Below, in pieces: positions 13,461 through 26,905 of a stretch of 64,000 bases of DNA. Position numbers and translations under genes: made by a program. The notes under the pieces are model-generated. The model saw only the letters and a program-made list of their open reading frames with translations, had not been told where the DNA came from and ran no database searches. The stretch is from Octopus sinensis (taxonomy: Eukaryota). The stretch is from contig NC_043000.1 in NCBI RefSeq assembly GCF_006345805.1, forward strand, positions 86,366,001-86,430,000. Direction: 5' to 3'. The number at the start of each line of letters is the position of its first letter. Within the stretch, counting starts at the first letter, position 1.

Positions 13461-14394
13461 GTAATTAAGTGATGCATAACATAATTAATGTAGCAAGCCA
13501 AAAATATTTCTAATCAACTGAAATAAATCTGTACTGTAAAAAAAAATAATGAGTGCTAATGAAAATTCTTGTGAAGGAAAGAAAGGGTGAAAACTCTGTA
13601 ATTTAAATGGGTGAAAAATGAAATGGAGAGAAGCAGTTAGAAGTGGTTTTGAACTTTGATAGTTATGGTGACAGCTTCTGGCATGCTTCAGTGTCATCAG
13701 ACCTTCTCAATAAAACAATAGTCTCAGTAATAATTACTAAGCCTTAGGGTGAATTTGAGAGGATATTGTTTCTGTGAAAATTATTCAACGATTACACATG
13801 ATTTATTGACATTGAAAAATATCCTCCAGTATGAACATGAAGTGATTGAGGATATATATGATATCAAAATGTGATTAACAATAGTTGACAGATGTTGACA
13901 ATATTACAATCAGATGTTAGAAGACAATACTGCTCACATATTTACCATCAGTAATTGACAGACAGGTTTCCTAAATTAATGCTATAACATCATTGAGACA
14001 ATAAGGAAGACCCCATTTGGTCACTTAACTTGATAGGAATAACAGCCAAATCTCCTCAAATCATACCTTATTGTCTCAAAAAAAAAAGGAGACAAATTGC
14101 ATATTATACTCTGAGGTAAACAATACCTAATAAAATGTAAGGTTGACAGTCAAGTTACTTATTGACAATGATGAGATATATATAATTTAATTTTTTCACT
14201 TAATTTTATGTGAATAGAAATCAGTAATTGCAGCAGTGATAATCATGTGAATTGGTTGGTTCTATTCTTTACACACTTGGTTCATTCTTTTCTGTTTTCT
14301 AAAGAATTCAGAACCAATTAAATAATGGTGCTTTTGTGTGTAGGTCAATCACGTTCTTATTAAGTGGTTGGCTGAGAAACCACACATATTTTAT

Positions 14395-14570
14395 CATCAT
14401 CATCATTTTAATTCCCACTTTCTCAAGATTGCCTAGGTTAGATGGAATTCTTTAAGGCAGATTTTCTATGGCTGGATGCCCTTCTTGTCACCAACTCTCA
14501 TCTGTTTCAAAACAAGGTAATAATTCCCCTTGGCCAGACATGTTTTCATGGAAGATTGGAAATGAACACC
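14395..14570 (-). mobile_element. Diverged RTE-type 3' tail
   Basis: atcatcatcatttta..ggctggatgcccttc resembles the reverse complement of the RTE tail. Confidence 0.55.
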
Positions 14571-14639
14571 ATCGATTGTGTGATGGTAACACTCACTTAG
14601 AACAATCACACTATGTCAGGACAAGGTACACGCATGCAC

Positions 14640-14790
14640 ATGTGCAGACACACACTCACACACGACAAGCTTCTTCAAGTTTCCATCTATCAAACCCACT
14701 CACTAGGCTAACTGGGCTTTAATCAAAAACACCTGCCCAAGGAGCTGTGCAGGGGAACTGAACCTGAAACCACATGTCTAGGGAAAACAC
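14640..14790 (-). mobile_element. SINE family A head (degraded)
   Basis: caagcttcttcaagtttccatctatcaaacccactcac..cacctgcccaagg..aacctgaaaccac is the reverse complement of the family A 5' half. Confidence 0.65.
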
Positions 14791-15671
14791 AGCCAAGAAC
14801 AGTTAACCAAACCTGGCACTTTCAAATTAGTGACACTGTCCATTATATCTAAAAAAGCCAAAAAGGAATAGGTCGAAAGTCTTCACAATTTAATTAAGGT
14901 ACTAAACACGTACACAAGCAATGTTTCTCGGATAAGATTTAAGGGAATAAAAAGATACTCTCCAAAGATTGAAACAATGAAAACTGGGCTTTTCAAGGAG
15001 TTAAAAGGAAGTTAGGAATAAATTCTGTTTTCTTGCTTTGAACTGGTTCCGGAGACTGAACAAGTGATAGTACACAGTATATATACTTGTATATAGTTTA
15101 CATACAGTATATTAGTATATAGTTAAAGCAAATAGCATATAAAGTTTAGATATTCGTTGTCCTGATTAGTGGTAAAAAGATTTTCTTGCTGTTATGTAAG
15201 TGTTGTATAGCAATAAATGACACTGCTTTTGACACAATTTTATGCATCATTGATTTCTACATTTCTGTGTGTTTTATGTAGCTGGCCTGATTCCCACACT
15301 TCCTTTTAGAAGGCTGTTTTTATTGCATTATAAAAATGAAATATTTAATATTGATCTTTCAGAAATATTCTTAGTTTAAAACTGAATAATGATAAATAAC
15401 ATTCACACAGTTTTTGTGAACATTTGCTGTTTGGGTTGATTCATTTGATAATAAGTTTTCTTTAGAAATGTATAACCTATAGTTTTAATAACAATTGTAT
15501 AGAAGAGAGAGTTAACTATTTGTTGGGATGCGTTATGAGAACTTGAAAATGCAGGACAAGCACAAATAAATTGAAAAACCTCCTGACTACCAAAAGAATC
15601 TGACTATATTTCAAAGAAATGGTTGTGTTGGCATGTGTGTGTGTGTATATATATATATATGTATGTATTGT

Positions 15672-15932
15672 GCTAGTGGCATGTAAAAAGCACCATCTGA
15701 ACATGGTCGATGCTAGCCTTCTTGCCTTGACTGGCTCCTGTGCCAGTGGCACGTAAAAAGCACCCACTACACTCTCAGAGTCGTTGATGTTAGGAAGGGT
15801 ATCCAGCTGTAGAAACATTGCCAAATCAGATTGGAGCCTGGTGTGACCTCCTGGCTTGCCAGTCCCCAGTCAAACCATCCAACCCATGCCAGCATGGAGA
15901 ACAGACATTAAATAATGATGATGATGATGATA
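15672..15932 (+). mobile_element. RTE LINE 3' tail fragment
   Basis: gtggcacgtaaaaagcacccactacactc..ccaacccatgccagcatgg..(GAT)n. Confidence 0.85.
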
Positions 15933-16054
15933 TATATATATTTCTTTATCGTTTACTTGCTTCACTCATTAGACTGTAGCCATTTTGGGACACCATCTTG
16001 ATACATTAAGTTGAACAAATCAAAACCAGTACTTATTATTTTAAAGTCTAGTAT

Positions 16055-16203
16055 ATATTCTTTCACTTTCCATCTACCAAGTCCACTCAAAAGGCTGGTT
16101 GGCCTGGGGTTATAATAGAAAATGTTTGCTCAAGGTGTGACACAATGAGACTGAGTCTGAAACCATGTGGTTGCAAAGTAAACTTTTTACCACACAGCCA
16201 TGC
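16055..16203 (-). mobile_element. SINE family A head (degraded)
   Basis: ctttccatctaccaagtccactcaaaaggc..accacacagcca. Confidence 0.7.
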
Positions 16204-16399
16204 CTGCAATTATGTGTGTGTGTGTGTGTCTCTCTCTCTATTTCCTGTATTTAATCATTTAAATTCTTCCTCTGAAGAAGGAGTGAAGGGGCTAGTTTCT
16301 AACAAAAGTACAAAGCTTCATCTTTGGAATGTAGATAACGAAAACAGTGTCACATTTTAAACCTGAGAAAAGTTTTGCATAGTTCCACTTACAGATTGT

Positions 16400-17760
16400 A
16401 TTTGTAAAGTGTAAATTAGTTGGTTGATTTCTTTTTCTGTAAATCCAAGCTTATCCAGACTGACAGTTAAGTATTTACTCACGAAACCAAGTGCTCCAAT
16501 TATTATTGGTATAAATGCAAATTTGTAATTTGGATATAGAAGCTGGAAGTTTTAAAGCAGTTGTCCATAGTTAACTTCTTTCTTTTTGATTTTCAAAGAG
16601 ATATTCACATCAACAGGACAGCTGATCTCTGATGGTACATACTTTTTCTTGTCTGACCCAAACAACAATATCCAGCCTGTTATGCTTACACTTGACAGCT
16701 GTTTTTATGGGAATGCTCCACCAGTATTCTTTGTGCTGTTAATTGTGTACATATTCAATAACAGGGGGATTCTTTATATCTATTTCAGGACAGTCTTTTA
16801 TCTGAATGGCATTGTATATTGTTTTTGCGACAGCATCATGTCATTTTTGGGTACCTGCTAATCACATGTGGGATGACTTCCACAGAAATATGACATAATC
16901 CACATTCATGATTGCATCTTGGAACTCCAAGGGCTTCACTGTCTCCTTTGTTAATGATTAGGTGTTTATTCAGTTGCAATTTCCTGTTCTTGGATTGCAA
17001 ATGCATAGCCTTCGAAGTGGGATGTGATGTAGCAGCTACAAGTCCAAAAGAGGCTTTGCTTGATGTCAATGTTACTGTATTCTTCAAGTCTACAAGAAAT
17101 ATACCCATGTATGATCTTTTTTTGGTATGTTGAGCATTTCACTTCCAGGTCATCTTTGAAGTATGCTAGTCAACACTAAGTTCATTTATTTATTTTTGCT
17201 GCTGTTGTTTAGCAAGTGCTGTCTTACAGAGACTATGTATCATTCAAAGTCTGCACTGATCTCAAGCCCCTACCTCCTTTATCTCTTCTTAGGTAGAGCC
17301 AGTCAATATCACTATTTCCAGTTGATATTAGAATCTTGCGGGTTTTAACGTCTATGGAGTTGATTTCTTATACGGACCAGTCAAATATCCCAAATGTTGG
17401 AATCAGCACTGGTACTGCAAATGAATTGTTGTAAGAGAAGAGTTCAGATTGACATATTTTTCTTACTCTGGTGTAATATTCTAGGATCACTCTATTTTTT
17501 CCCACAGTACTTTGGTTTGATATATTTTCATCAATTGTTCCATTCTTTCTTCTAATTGTGAGGATTGTGGCTCAGGTCTTTGTGGGCATCTCAATGACAG
17601 CAATTAAGTTAGCAAGCACTTTTGCCAAATAGAAACACTTCAGCAGCCATGAGTGGGAAACAGAGTCAAATACCTTCCTATAATCAAGCCATACTGTTGT
17701 AAGATTGTAAGGCTCTTACGATGTTTTTTTATGAATGTTGTTTGAAGAAATGACTTGATT
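16400..17760 (-). mobile_element. R4/Dong-like non-LTR retrotransposon remnant (RT, CCHC, restriction-like endonuclease)
   Basis: Minus-strand order: WLDYRKVFDSVSHSWL (RT), CGLCHISVEVIPHVISRYPKM (CCHC), HDAVAKTIYNAI, KCKHNRLDIVVW (RLE PD-motif region), FIPIIIGALG. Deletions and stops present. Confidence 0.8.
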
Positions 17761-18366
17761 GTTGTTATAAGCATCATTGTTTAGTTCCTGGTCAATCCTG
17801 AATGAGCAAACTTATATCCAAATGCATTGAAAACATAACCATCTTGCCTTTTTAGGGACATCTAGCATTACATCACCTAATGTGTTCTTACTTTTTTTTA
17901 AGATGGTCAGGTGTCATTTGAGGGAGATATGGTTGCTATATTTAGCATGTCAAGCAAACCGATAAAGGTGCCTTCATTGATTCAAACTATGAAGTTGACG
18001 GCTGAGATAAAATAAGATTACAGAAACCTAGGTCACATAAACAACTTAATTAGAATTCTTAGCACATTGCAAAGTTCAATGGATTGATGTTTACTATTTT
18101 GCTACCCTATTTAATTCATGCAAAAATATATAACTTGTGTATTCAGTGTAAGCTGTTATTAACATTATGTTTAAAAGTATTTTAAAATCTGTCTGACTCA
18201 CAGTTATATTCAACTGCTAAATTATATTTTATATGATTTTATTGTAAGAAAAAATATTAAAACCTTTCTATGGGAAAATAATTATCAGCTCTATCTCATA
18301 GATTGAATGACAAGAGTGTTGCCAAGAACAGCCAGTACTATCCACTTAACAACCACACTACTTTAC

Positions 18367-18465
18367 AAAGTTCTTTCTTCAAGTGTGATAACTTCATCCC
18401 AATTTCATGGAGAAGAGCAGCAGTCCAAGATCTGAAGATATCAGGGGTCTCACCAGCAACCAGCA
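18367..18465 (-). CDS. Candidate internal exon (99 nt, phase 1-1)
   Basis: attcttttcag| open frame LVAGETPDIFRSWTAALLHEIGMKLSHLKKEL |gtaaag; phase-compatible with the 12040-12257 candidate. No homology proven. Confidence 0.3.
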
Positions 18466-18894
18466 CTGAAAAGAATATGTCTTCAATGACTCATATTTAT
18501 TTATTTTTCACTTCTCAACACAGAATGTGGGCAGCAGACCCTGGGTTTACAGCTGAAATGAGAAGTTTGGCAATAATGGTTGTATCATAACATGTGGCAT
18601 CCTAGATGTGCGACTTGCCTCCCTCAAAAAAGGAAGGAAAATAGATACCTACAGTGAAGGCCAATAAGTTTTAGTTGTAGTGGGAAATTGGTAGCATCAA
18701 AGTTTCTTTTAATAACATTGTTTAGTGTATTGAGGGAAACGCTCTGCACTATGAGGATAAAAAAGTGAGTGCAGCCCCAAATCATTAGCAGTAGTTCCAC
18801 AACAGTATTTATGTAGCCCAAAAATGCAGAGACTGAGATGCAAGACAACTCCAGTGCATGTACACACATCATCAAGAAGAGTGCATATGATATT

Positions 18895-20060
18895 CCATTG
18901 TCATCATCATCATCATCATCATCATCATCGTTTAACATCCGTTTTCCATGCTAGTATGGGTTGGACGATTTGACCGGGGTCTGGGAAGCCAGGAGGCTGC
19001 ACCATGCTCCAGTCTGATCTGACAGTGTTTCTACAGCTGGATGCCCTTCCTAACACCAGCCACTCTGTAAGTGTAGTGGGTGCTTTTTACGTGCCACTGG
19101 CACGAAAGCCAGTCAAGGCGGCGCTGGCATCAGCCATGTTCAGACAGTGCTTTTCACGTGCCACCAGCATGGGTATTACAACTACAATTTCCATTTGATT
19201 TTCATTTTGATGTTGATGTACTTGACTCAATAGGTTTCCTCAAGCACAGTTGGTCGCTCTAGGATCCAAAGTACTTTTGAATGGGCTGGGGCTGGTTAGC
19301 GAAACTGGTGCAGGATACAGTTGTGAACTCACTTTATTTGCCAGGTCTTCGCAGTCACAGCATATCTCCAGAGGTCTCAGTTTTTTGTCATTGCCTCTGT
19401 GAGGCCGAACATTTGAAGGTCATGCTTGACCACCTTGTCCCATGTCTTCCTGGGTCTACCTCTACTCCGGATTCCTTCAACTCTTTGGGAGTGGCACTTC
19501 TTCACACATCTCTCCTCATCCATCGTAGTACATGATGATACCAGCGCAAACCTCTCTCTTGCATGCCACATCCGATGCTTCTTATGTCCAACATTTCTCT
19601 CAGGGTGCTTACACTCTGTCATGTGTGCACACTGACATTACACATCCAGCGGATCATGCTAGCTTCATTTCTTTTGAGCCTACGCATATCCTCCACAGTC
19701 ATGGCCCATGTTTCACTGCCGTGAAGCATGGCAGTTCGCACATATGCATTGTATAATCTACCTTTCATTCTGAACGAGAGGCCCTTTGTCACCATTAGGA
19801 ATAGAAGCTTTCTAAACTTTGCCCAGGCTATTCTTATTCCAGTGGTAACACTCTCTGAGCATCCCCCCACCCCACTACTAACTTGGTCACCTAGGTAGTG
19901 GAAGCTATCAACTACTTCTAGTTTCTCCCCCTGGAGTGTGATGGAATCTGTTTTCTGAGCAACTGTGGTGTTTATTGCCCCTGTGCATCTGCTGCACATG
20001 AAAGCTATCTTCTTGGTTAATATTCCTTTGATGTTGCTGCACCTCTTCCAGATGTATTAA
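18895..20060 (-). mobile_element. 5'-truncated RTE copy
   Basis: Minus ORFs 19619-19999 and 19377-19622 match the RTE C-terminus (EKLEVVDSF..RTAMLHGSETWA..RGRPRKTWD); 3'UTR and (GAT)n tail follow. Confidence 0.92.
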
Positions 20061-22649
20061 TTAATTGCATTCTGAAGGAATGAAGTTATTGTAAAACCAA
20101 ATGGCTTGTATTGTCTTGTACTCTAATCCATGCTAGGTTTGAAATTGTTGTGTTGAATGTCACAGTTGAGTGCACAACTATAGGCAATGAAAAATAAGTG
20201 ATCTGTCCTGCCTCAGTAAAAGCAGTGGCAGAATTTGGGATCAGAAATGCCAATTTGAACATTAAGTGGAGGGTGAAAACTCAAGACTTTATTGGAAATA
20301 TTGCTTACAGCCAGTCAGTGAAACTGAGAAGATCTTGAAGATGATATCTAAACAAGATTGAATAGTGATGTTGAGTTTGTTGAGATATTCTGAGTAGAGA
20401 TAGAATAGTTTCCTGTACAGTACGAAGAGTAAAGCAGTTCTTTAAAAGAAGGCAGGATGAAAATTTAAATCGATACTTAAATTACCAAATATAAAACTGA
20501 AATGAAAATAATAGATTACATCACAGCCTGTATAGGTTAGATCCAGATAAATCCTGATTGAGCAAACATATGATCATAGATATTCTAGCCTTGACCATCC
20601 CAGCCTTTTAGGAGTATTGTGAGCTAGATTATTCAATATTTCCTTCTTATTTAAGATGGTAGGGTATTACATCAGGGAGATTTTGCAGCTATTTTTAGCA
20701 GAGTGAGTAATCATGTAGAAGCATTCTTGAAAGCTTGTGAGAGTTTTGTCTTGTAATTATAGCACAAATTTGCTCAGTCTGAGCAATACATGTTATAGTT
20801 TAGTAAAGTGAATATGTTGTTATCATATCAATTTCACTCACACCAAGGATTTTGATATTTGGTTGAAATGTTAATAGGACAGAGTTAAATTGGAAATACT
20901 AATGAGTTACAAATATCAACCAGAAAAATTTAATTGGTTTATACTAAATATTCCATTGACTATGAGCTGTGTCACTATAAAATGAAGATATCTGAAATCA
21001 AATTGGATGGAATGTTCTATATATTTTAAATTGGTCTCTATCAGTGGTGGTGGGAGTGGCATTAGAATTTTGTACTAGTCAGGGCAAAATTTGGTCAGAA
21101 AACTATTCAGATGGGCAAAGTTTTTATATAAGTAATGATATAACTTTATATATCATGTATCAAACTGATTATCACTTTTCAATATAATTGCAAAGATACA
21201 GTAAATATAAAGAATGAGTTGAAAGATGGTAATATTTATTACAAGTTACAATAACACAAACTAAACAATGGCAATTTCTTCTGTTTTGGTGTTTTGCTGC
21301 AAAACAAAGGATGATGTGTTCAAAATTTAGAGTTCTTTGATACATCATCTATTCTCATATTAACAAGACAGCAATAAGACAAGACATGGGTTCATAGCAG
21401 AGTAATAAATAAAATAAAATAAAAAACAGTTTTGCAAACAGAAAAATGGTACAAGAATGAGCTAAGGATAGCTAGTAAAGTTCAAAATGATGAAAGTGAA
21501 AAGAGTGGACTTACTGATGGTATTAATTGGAGTTAAAAGACAAGAGCAAAATTAATATAGCATGCTCATTAATCAATTGAAAAATGACTGATTTTACTCA
21601 GTACATATGAAAAATGTTAGAATGTAGAAAAACTTAATTCATATTATTCAGAATAAATGAGAGAAGAAACAAAGTGTACACCTAAGGAAGATATTATTTA
21701 AGGTACTTATCCAGTAATTTCTGTTTAAAAAAAGTGATGAAGAATAAATGTACTGCGATGACAAATCAGTGATATTTGTGTTGCAGAAAAGCATTGAGAA
21801 AGCATAATTTGTAAGAAAGTAAAACTACAAATACAATGAATGAAATATGTACAGGGTCACATTAAAATTAAATTTTGTGAACTGCTGGGAATCTGGCATT
21901 GCCTAAGATTGCCTTTGCATGACACTGTCATTGTTCACAACCAGGTACAAAAATTCATTCTGGAAAAATTAAGTATGCAAGAAATATATTAAAATATACT
22001 AAGACTTGATTCAGTTTTTTATATATTTTATGACTGTGAAGTAACTGATGTAAGTTATGAATAATGAATATGTAAGTTATGAATAATATTTAAAAAATCA
22101 CTGATAAAAGAAGTTCAACTGTTTGAGAATTTCAAAGGTTAATCAAAGAGATGAGTGGCTTCAACAAGTATTAATTTGATCTAGAGAAAACAAAGTATTT
22201 TAGTTTGTTTTCTATCAATTATTTTTTAAGACAATGTTCTGAAAAAAAAATTGTAAAATATATTTAATATGATTGTTTTGTTATGAAAATAAAATTGAAA
22301 TAAAATGAGTTGAAATCAAATTTAAGGAATTTGGCTTACTACAGGAAAATTAATAAGATCTACTGCTGACAAATAGTGTTTTACTACTGAGAAATGAACA
22401 ACAAAAATATATGCAACATTTTAAATATAAGAAATTAATTAACTTATTGACTTATTGAAAAATAATATTACTTCAAGGATTTATTTTTGAAGTGACATTT
22501 TTGTGTACTTTTCAAAATGTCTTCAGTTTGAAGTCAAAGACTTACAGTGAAATCAGTGACATCTGACTTCAATTTAGTAGTTGTTATTATAATTTATATT
22601 ATTAGCATTGACAGCAAATTCTTTCATGTTTCATTGAACACTTATTTGT

Positions 22650-23460
22650 TAGACTTCTAAAGCCAAAAAACATCATGCAAAGCCATGAAGTCAAAAATTA
22701 ATTCCCTGTAACAGGACTTCCATGGAGAAAGTCTCCCTATGTGCTGCCTCCTTTGTATCCAACAATTCATGGCACACACACACTGTGAATATTCTTCAGA
22801 ACAACCCCACCCCCTTTTTTTTCCTTGACACATCACTACATACAGATCTATACTAAATGGAGAAGTACCTCCAGGCACTTCAAACCACCAGATCTAACAA
22901 TGTTCCTTCAATTATCATCAAACTATGTGCCCTATTACTATTCTCTTGCCAAAGTTCTCTCTCTCTCTTATTCCTTCTCTCCCTCTTCACTCTCTAGAGA
23001 TCTATCCTATTGTTTGGAAAAATACCCCAAAAGATCAAATCTGTGTACCCCACAGACTATCATCTCTTGCTCTAACTTTTTCCATCTCAAATGTGATGGA
23101 AACAACCATTAAAACCACCTTCTTCAACATCTTGAATCACTGTTTCTCCTTAACGATCTCCAATATAGCTTTGAGAATACAAGTTTACTGTAGAGCTCTT
23201 CTTATACATTACTCACCAGTGGGCCTTTAACCCCACAGAATTTTGATGAGATGATTGTTATTCCATTTGACATCAACAGACCCTTTAACCATGTCTGATA
23301 TGTGAATCTCCAGACAAAATAGTGTTTCATCCATCTCTTGTCTTTTGGATTGATGATTTTATGTTAGACTAAAACCATCTTAAAATGTGCTGAAGAAGTT
23401 CTTTATGGCCCACACTCTTTTAACACTGTTGTGACCCAAGGTTAGATTTTGTCCCCATAG
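22650..23460 (+). pseudogene. CR1/L2-type RT remnant
   Basis: SLALTFSISNVMETTIK (cf. PIALTSxISKVMETII) and FDINRPFNHV (cf. LDISKAFDRV). Confidence 0.55.
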
Positions 23461-23634
23461 TCTTTCACCTGTACAAAAACTGATCTACTTGCCAGCACCT
23501 CATATATACATACACACACACATATATATACATGTATGTATATATTGCCATAAAGACACACACACATACACATTTGTATACATTACCATTTACATATATA
23601 AATGTACATGTTTGTGTGTATATGTATATAGGTA

Positions 23635-23880
23635 TGTGGCCTATTGGTTAGGGTATGGCACTCATAAATGCAAGATTGCGGTTTCATTTACTAGACCAGC
23701 ACTTCATTTCGCATTGCTCCAGTCCTCTCAGTTGTAAATGGGTAACCCTGAAACAGACTGGTGAGTTGATCAGGGGGAAATGTTAGTCTGATCACCTAGC
23801 CAGCAGAGTGCTATCATTCAAAAGCTACAACAATGCAAGGAAGTGTATTGAGACCAGCAGTGTACAACATCCAATAGTCT
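23635..23880 (+). mobile_element. SINE family C (degraded)
   Basis: gtggcctattggttag..gcacttcatttcgcattgctccagtcctctcagttgtaaatggg resembles 51324-51660. Confidence 0.55.
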
Positions 23881-24456
23881 GGTTGATCCAATGATATACA
23901 TGTGTGTGTGTGTGTGTTTGTGTAATATTTCCTATGTGTACAGTTAAATGTATTCCTGCTGCTAGTGATTTTAGAGCTCTAAAAAATATCATCATTCAGT
24001 TTACCTCCAGAAAAGTGGTGTGGTTACTACTGTACTTTATCTTGTTTTTCTCCGTCTTTCTGGTTGCCATCTGTCCAGCTACAAGCATTTGATTGGTATC
24101 AGCATAATGTAATAAAATGTTCTCTTGAATGATAGTAGATCTGCTTCTATTTATACTATGAACACCCACTGCAGAGGATGCCAATAACCACAAGGCAAAA
24201 CATGTACAGGGAACAAATGATATAAACTGCATCTAATGTTTTTTCTTATGTATATGTGTGTGTGCATAAGTTTGCATGTGTGTATGCATGAAGTGTATCT
24301 GTAGTGGTGTACAGATTTTATATATTAATAAAAGAAGACAGTAGTTACATGTTGGAGAAATACTGTTTCTCCAACACTTAACTATATTTTGTTAACTAAT
24401 GTATATATGTATGGAATATGGACATTAAACTGTGATGATGCATGCATATATATGTG

Positions 24457-24513
<57 letters not shown>

Positions 24514-24534
24514 AGACTGAAAGACTGCATCACA

Positions 24535-24950
24535 AAGACTGCCCTTCTTCATCAAATATCTAGAAATACTTCAAACAATTAACCAAAGTGTAAGTAGAAC
24601 CCTCGTCTGCACTCTCATCATGGACAGTGCTATTTGTACATTTACAGACATTTTACACACCATCTAAAAGAAAACCACCCACAAAGTCACTTAACACACT
24701 CCAGCCTGTAGACCACAGCCATACTGTATCATCTCTCTCTACCTCTTTTATGGTTCTATAATAGTCTTTGCTCACAACTGGTTGGTCTCATTCTGGACTC
24801 ATCATTTCACCTCTCATAACTAATATATACCCCTCCCACCAAACCCCACTCTAACATTTTCCTAGTCCTTCCTCCTGCAATCTACACCATTCTGGAATTA
24901 CTTCACTGTCTCTCTTTTTTTCCTGCAGCCATTAACTTACACCTGTTATG
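24535..24950 (+). pseudogene. CR1/L2-type 3' remnant, probably continuing 22650-23460
   Basis: Frames resemble LEYCSHIW..HRRxVASLxLFY of CR1/L2 C-termini; degraded. Confidence 0.4.
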
Positions 24951-24974
24951 AAGAAAGATTAATCACCTTTAAAG

Positions 24975-25140
24975 TGTAGGCATGTCTTTGTGGTTAAAAT
25001 GTTCACTTCACAAACATGGAATTTAAGATTTAGTCCTACTTTGCAGCACCTACAGACAAGTGTTTCCTATTATAGCACCAGGTTAACTAATACCCTGTAA
25101 GTGAATTTGGTAAAAGGAAACTGAAATTAAGTCCTTCTTA
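24975..25140 (+). mobile_element. SINE family A head (degraded)
   Basis: gtaggcatgtctttgtggttaa..gcagcacctacagacaagtg..gtaaaaggaaactgaa. Confidence 0.6.
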
Positions 25141-25244
25141 TCTATCTAACTGTGTGTGTGTGTATTATTTATATGTATGCATGTATGTCCCAATATTAGA
25201 CTATTTTCTATAGCCAATACACAATGAATGTTTATAAGCTTAAA

Positions 25245-25561
25245 AAAATACCATTTGAGCATTGGGTCTCATGGAGACAGAGACAGACCTTTGGCAATAT
25301 GCCATGCTTGTGTAGAACTGTCAAGCCAAGTGAGACTATAGTCATGGGTGATGCTAGTGTCAGGTCAATGGCACTTGTGTTGGTGGCATGTAAAAAACAT
25401 CCACTACACTCTCAGAGTGGTTGGCATTAGGAAGGGCATCTAGCTGTAGAAACTTGCCAAATCAGATTGGAACTTAGTGCAGCCTCCTGGTTTACCAGTT
25501 TTCAGTCAAACAGTCCAACCCATGCCAGCATCGAAAGTGGATGTTAAGTAATGATGATGAT
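25245..25561 (+). mobile_element. RTE 3'UTR/tail fragment
   Basis: Colinear with 9945-10270; ends in (GAT)n. Confidence 0.8.
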
Positions 25562-25594
25562 ATATCTGTATATATATATATATATATACATCAT

Positions 25595-26905
25595 CCACAT
25601 CATCATTGTTATTTAATGCCTGCTTTCCATGCTGACATGAGTTGAACGGTTTGACTCTGGGTTGACGAGCCAGAAGGCTGCACCAGGCTCCAATCTAATC
25701 TGGCAAAGTTTCTACAGCTGGATTCCGTTCCTAACGCCAACCATTCCGAGAGTGTAGTGGGTGCTTTTACGTGCCACCGGCACAAGGGACAGTCAGGTGG
25801 CACTGGCATCAACCACACTCAAATGGTGCTTTTTACATGCCACCTGCACAGGAGCCAGTCCACTGGCACTGGCAATGATCATACTTGAATGGGGTTTTTC
25901 ATGTGCCACTGGCACAGGAGCCAGTCAGGCGATGCTGGCAACGATCACACTCAAATGGTGGTTTTTACGTGCCACTGGCAGTGGAGACAGTCAGCAGCCC
26001 TGGCAATGATCATGCTCAAATGGTGCTTATAACGTTCCACTGGCATGGGTGCCAATCAGGCGGAACTGTCATTGGCCATGATAACGATTTCTCTTGCTTC
26101 AACAGGTTTTCACAAGTGTAGTTTATTGTCCAATGATTGAAGGGTACTCTTAAATGGGCTGGTTATACAGCACTGGCATAGGACATGGTTATGGTCTGAC
26201 TTGGCTTGCTGGGTCATCTCAAGCATGGCATATCTCCAAAGGTCTCGGTCACTTGTCATTGCCTCTGTGAGGCCCACTGTTCGAAGGTCGTGCTTCACCA
26301 CCTCATCCCAAATCTTCTTGGGTCTACCTCTTCCACACGTTCCCTCAATTGCTAGGGTGTGACACTTTTTCACACAGTCTGCATCCATTTGCAACACATG
26401 ACCATACCAGTGCAGTCATCTCTCTTGCACATCACATCTGATACTTCTTAAGTCCAACTTTTTTCTCAGGGCGCTTACACTCTGTTGTGTATGCACATTG
26501 ACATTACACATCCAGCGAAGCATACTGGCTTCATTCCTTGCAAGCTTACACATGTCTTCAGCAGTCACAGTCCATGTTTCACTGCCATGTAGCATGGCTG
26601 TTTGCACACATGCGTCATACAGTCTATCTTTTACTCTGGGCAAGAGGCCCTTTGTCACCAGCAGAGGTAGAAGCTCTCTGAACTTTGCCCAGGCTATTCT
26701 TATTCTAGCAGCTACACTTTCAGAGCATCCACCCCCATTACTGACTTGGTCACTTAGGTAATGGAAGCTATCAACTACTTGTAGTTTTTCTCCCTGGAAT
26801 GTGACAGAAGCTGTTCTCTGCACATTTTCAATGTTTATTGCTCCTGAGCATTTGCCACCCACAAAAACTATCTTCCCAGTTAGCCTTCCTTTGATATTAC
26901 TGCAC
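25595..26905 (-). mobile_element. 5'-truncated RTE copy
   Basis: Minus ORFs 26416-26862 and 26110-26397 closely match the RTE C-terminus; 3'UTR contains gtggcacgtaaaaa subrepeats. Confidence 0.93.
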
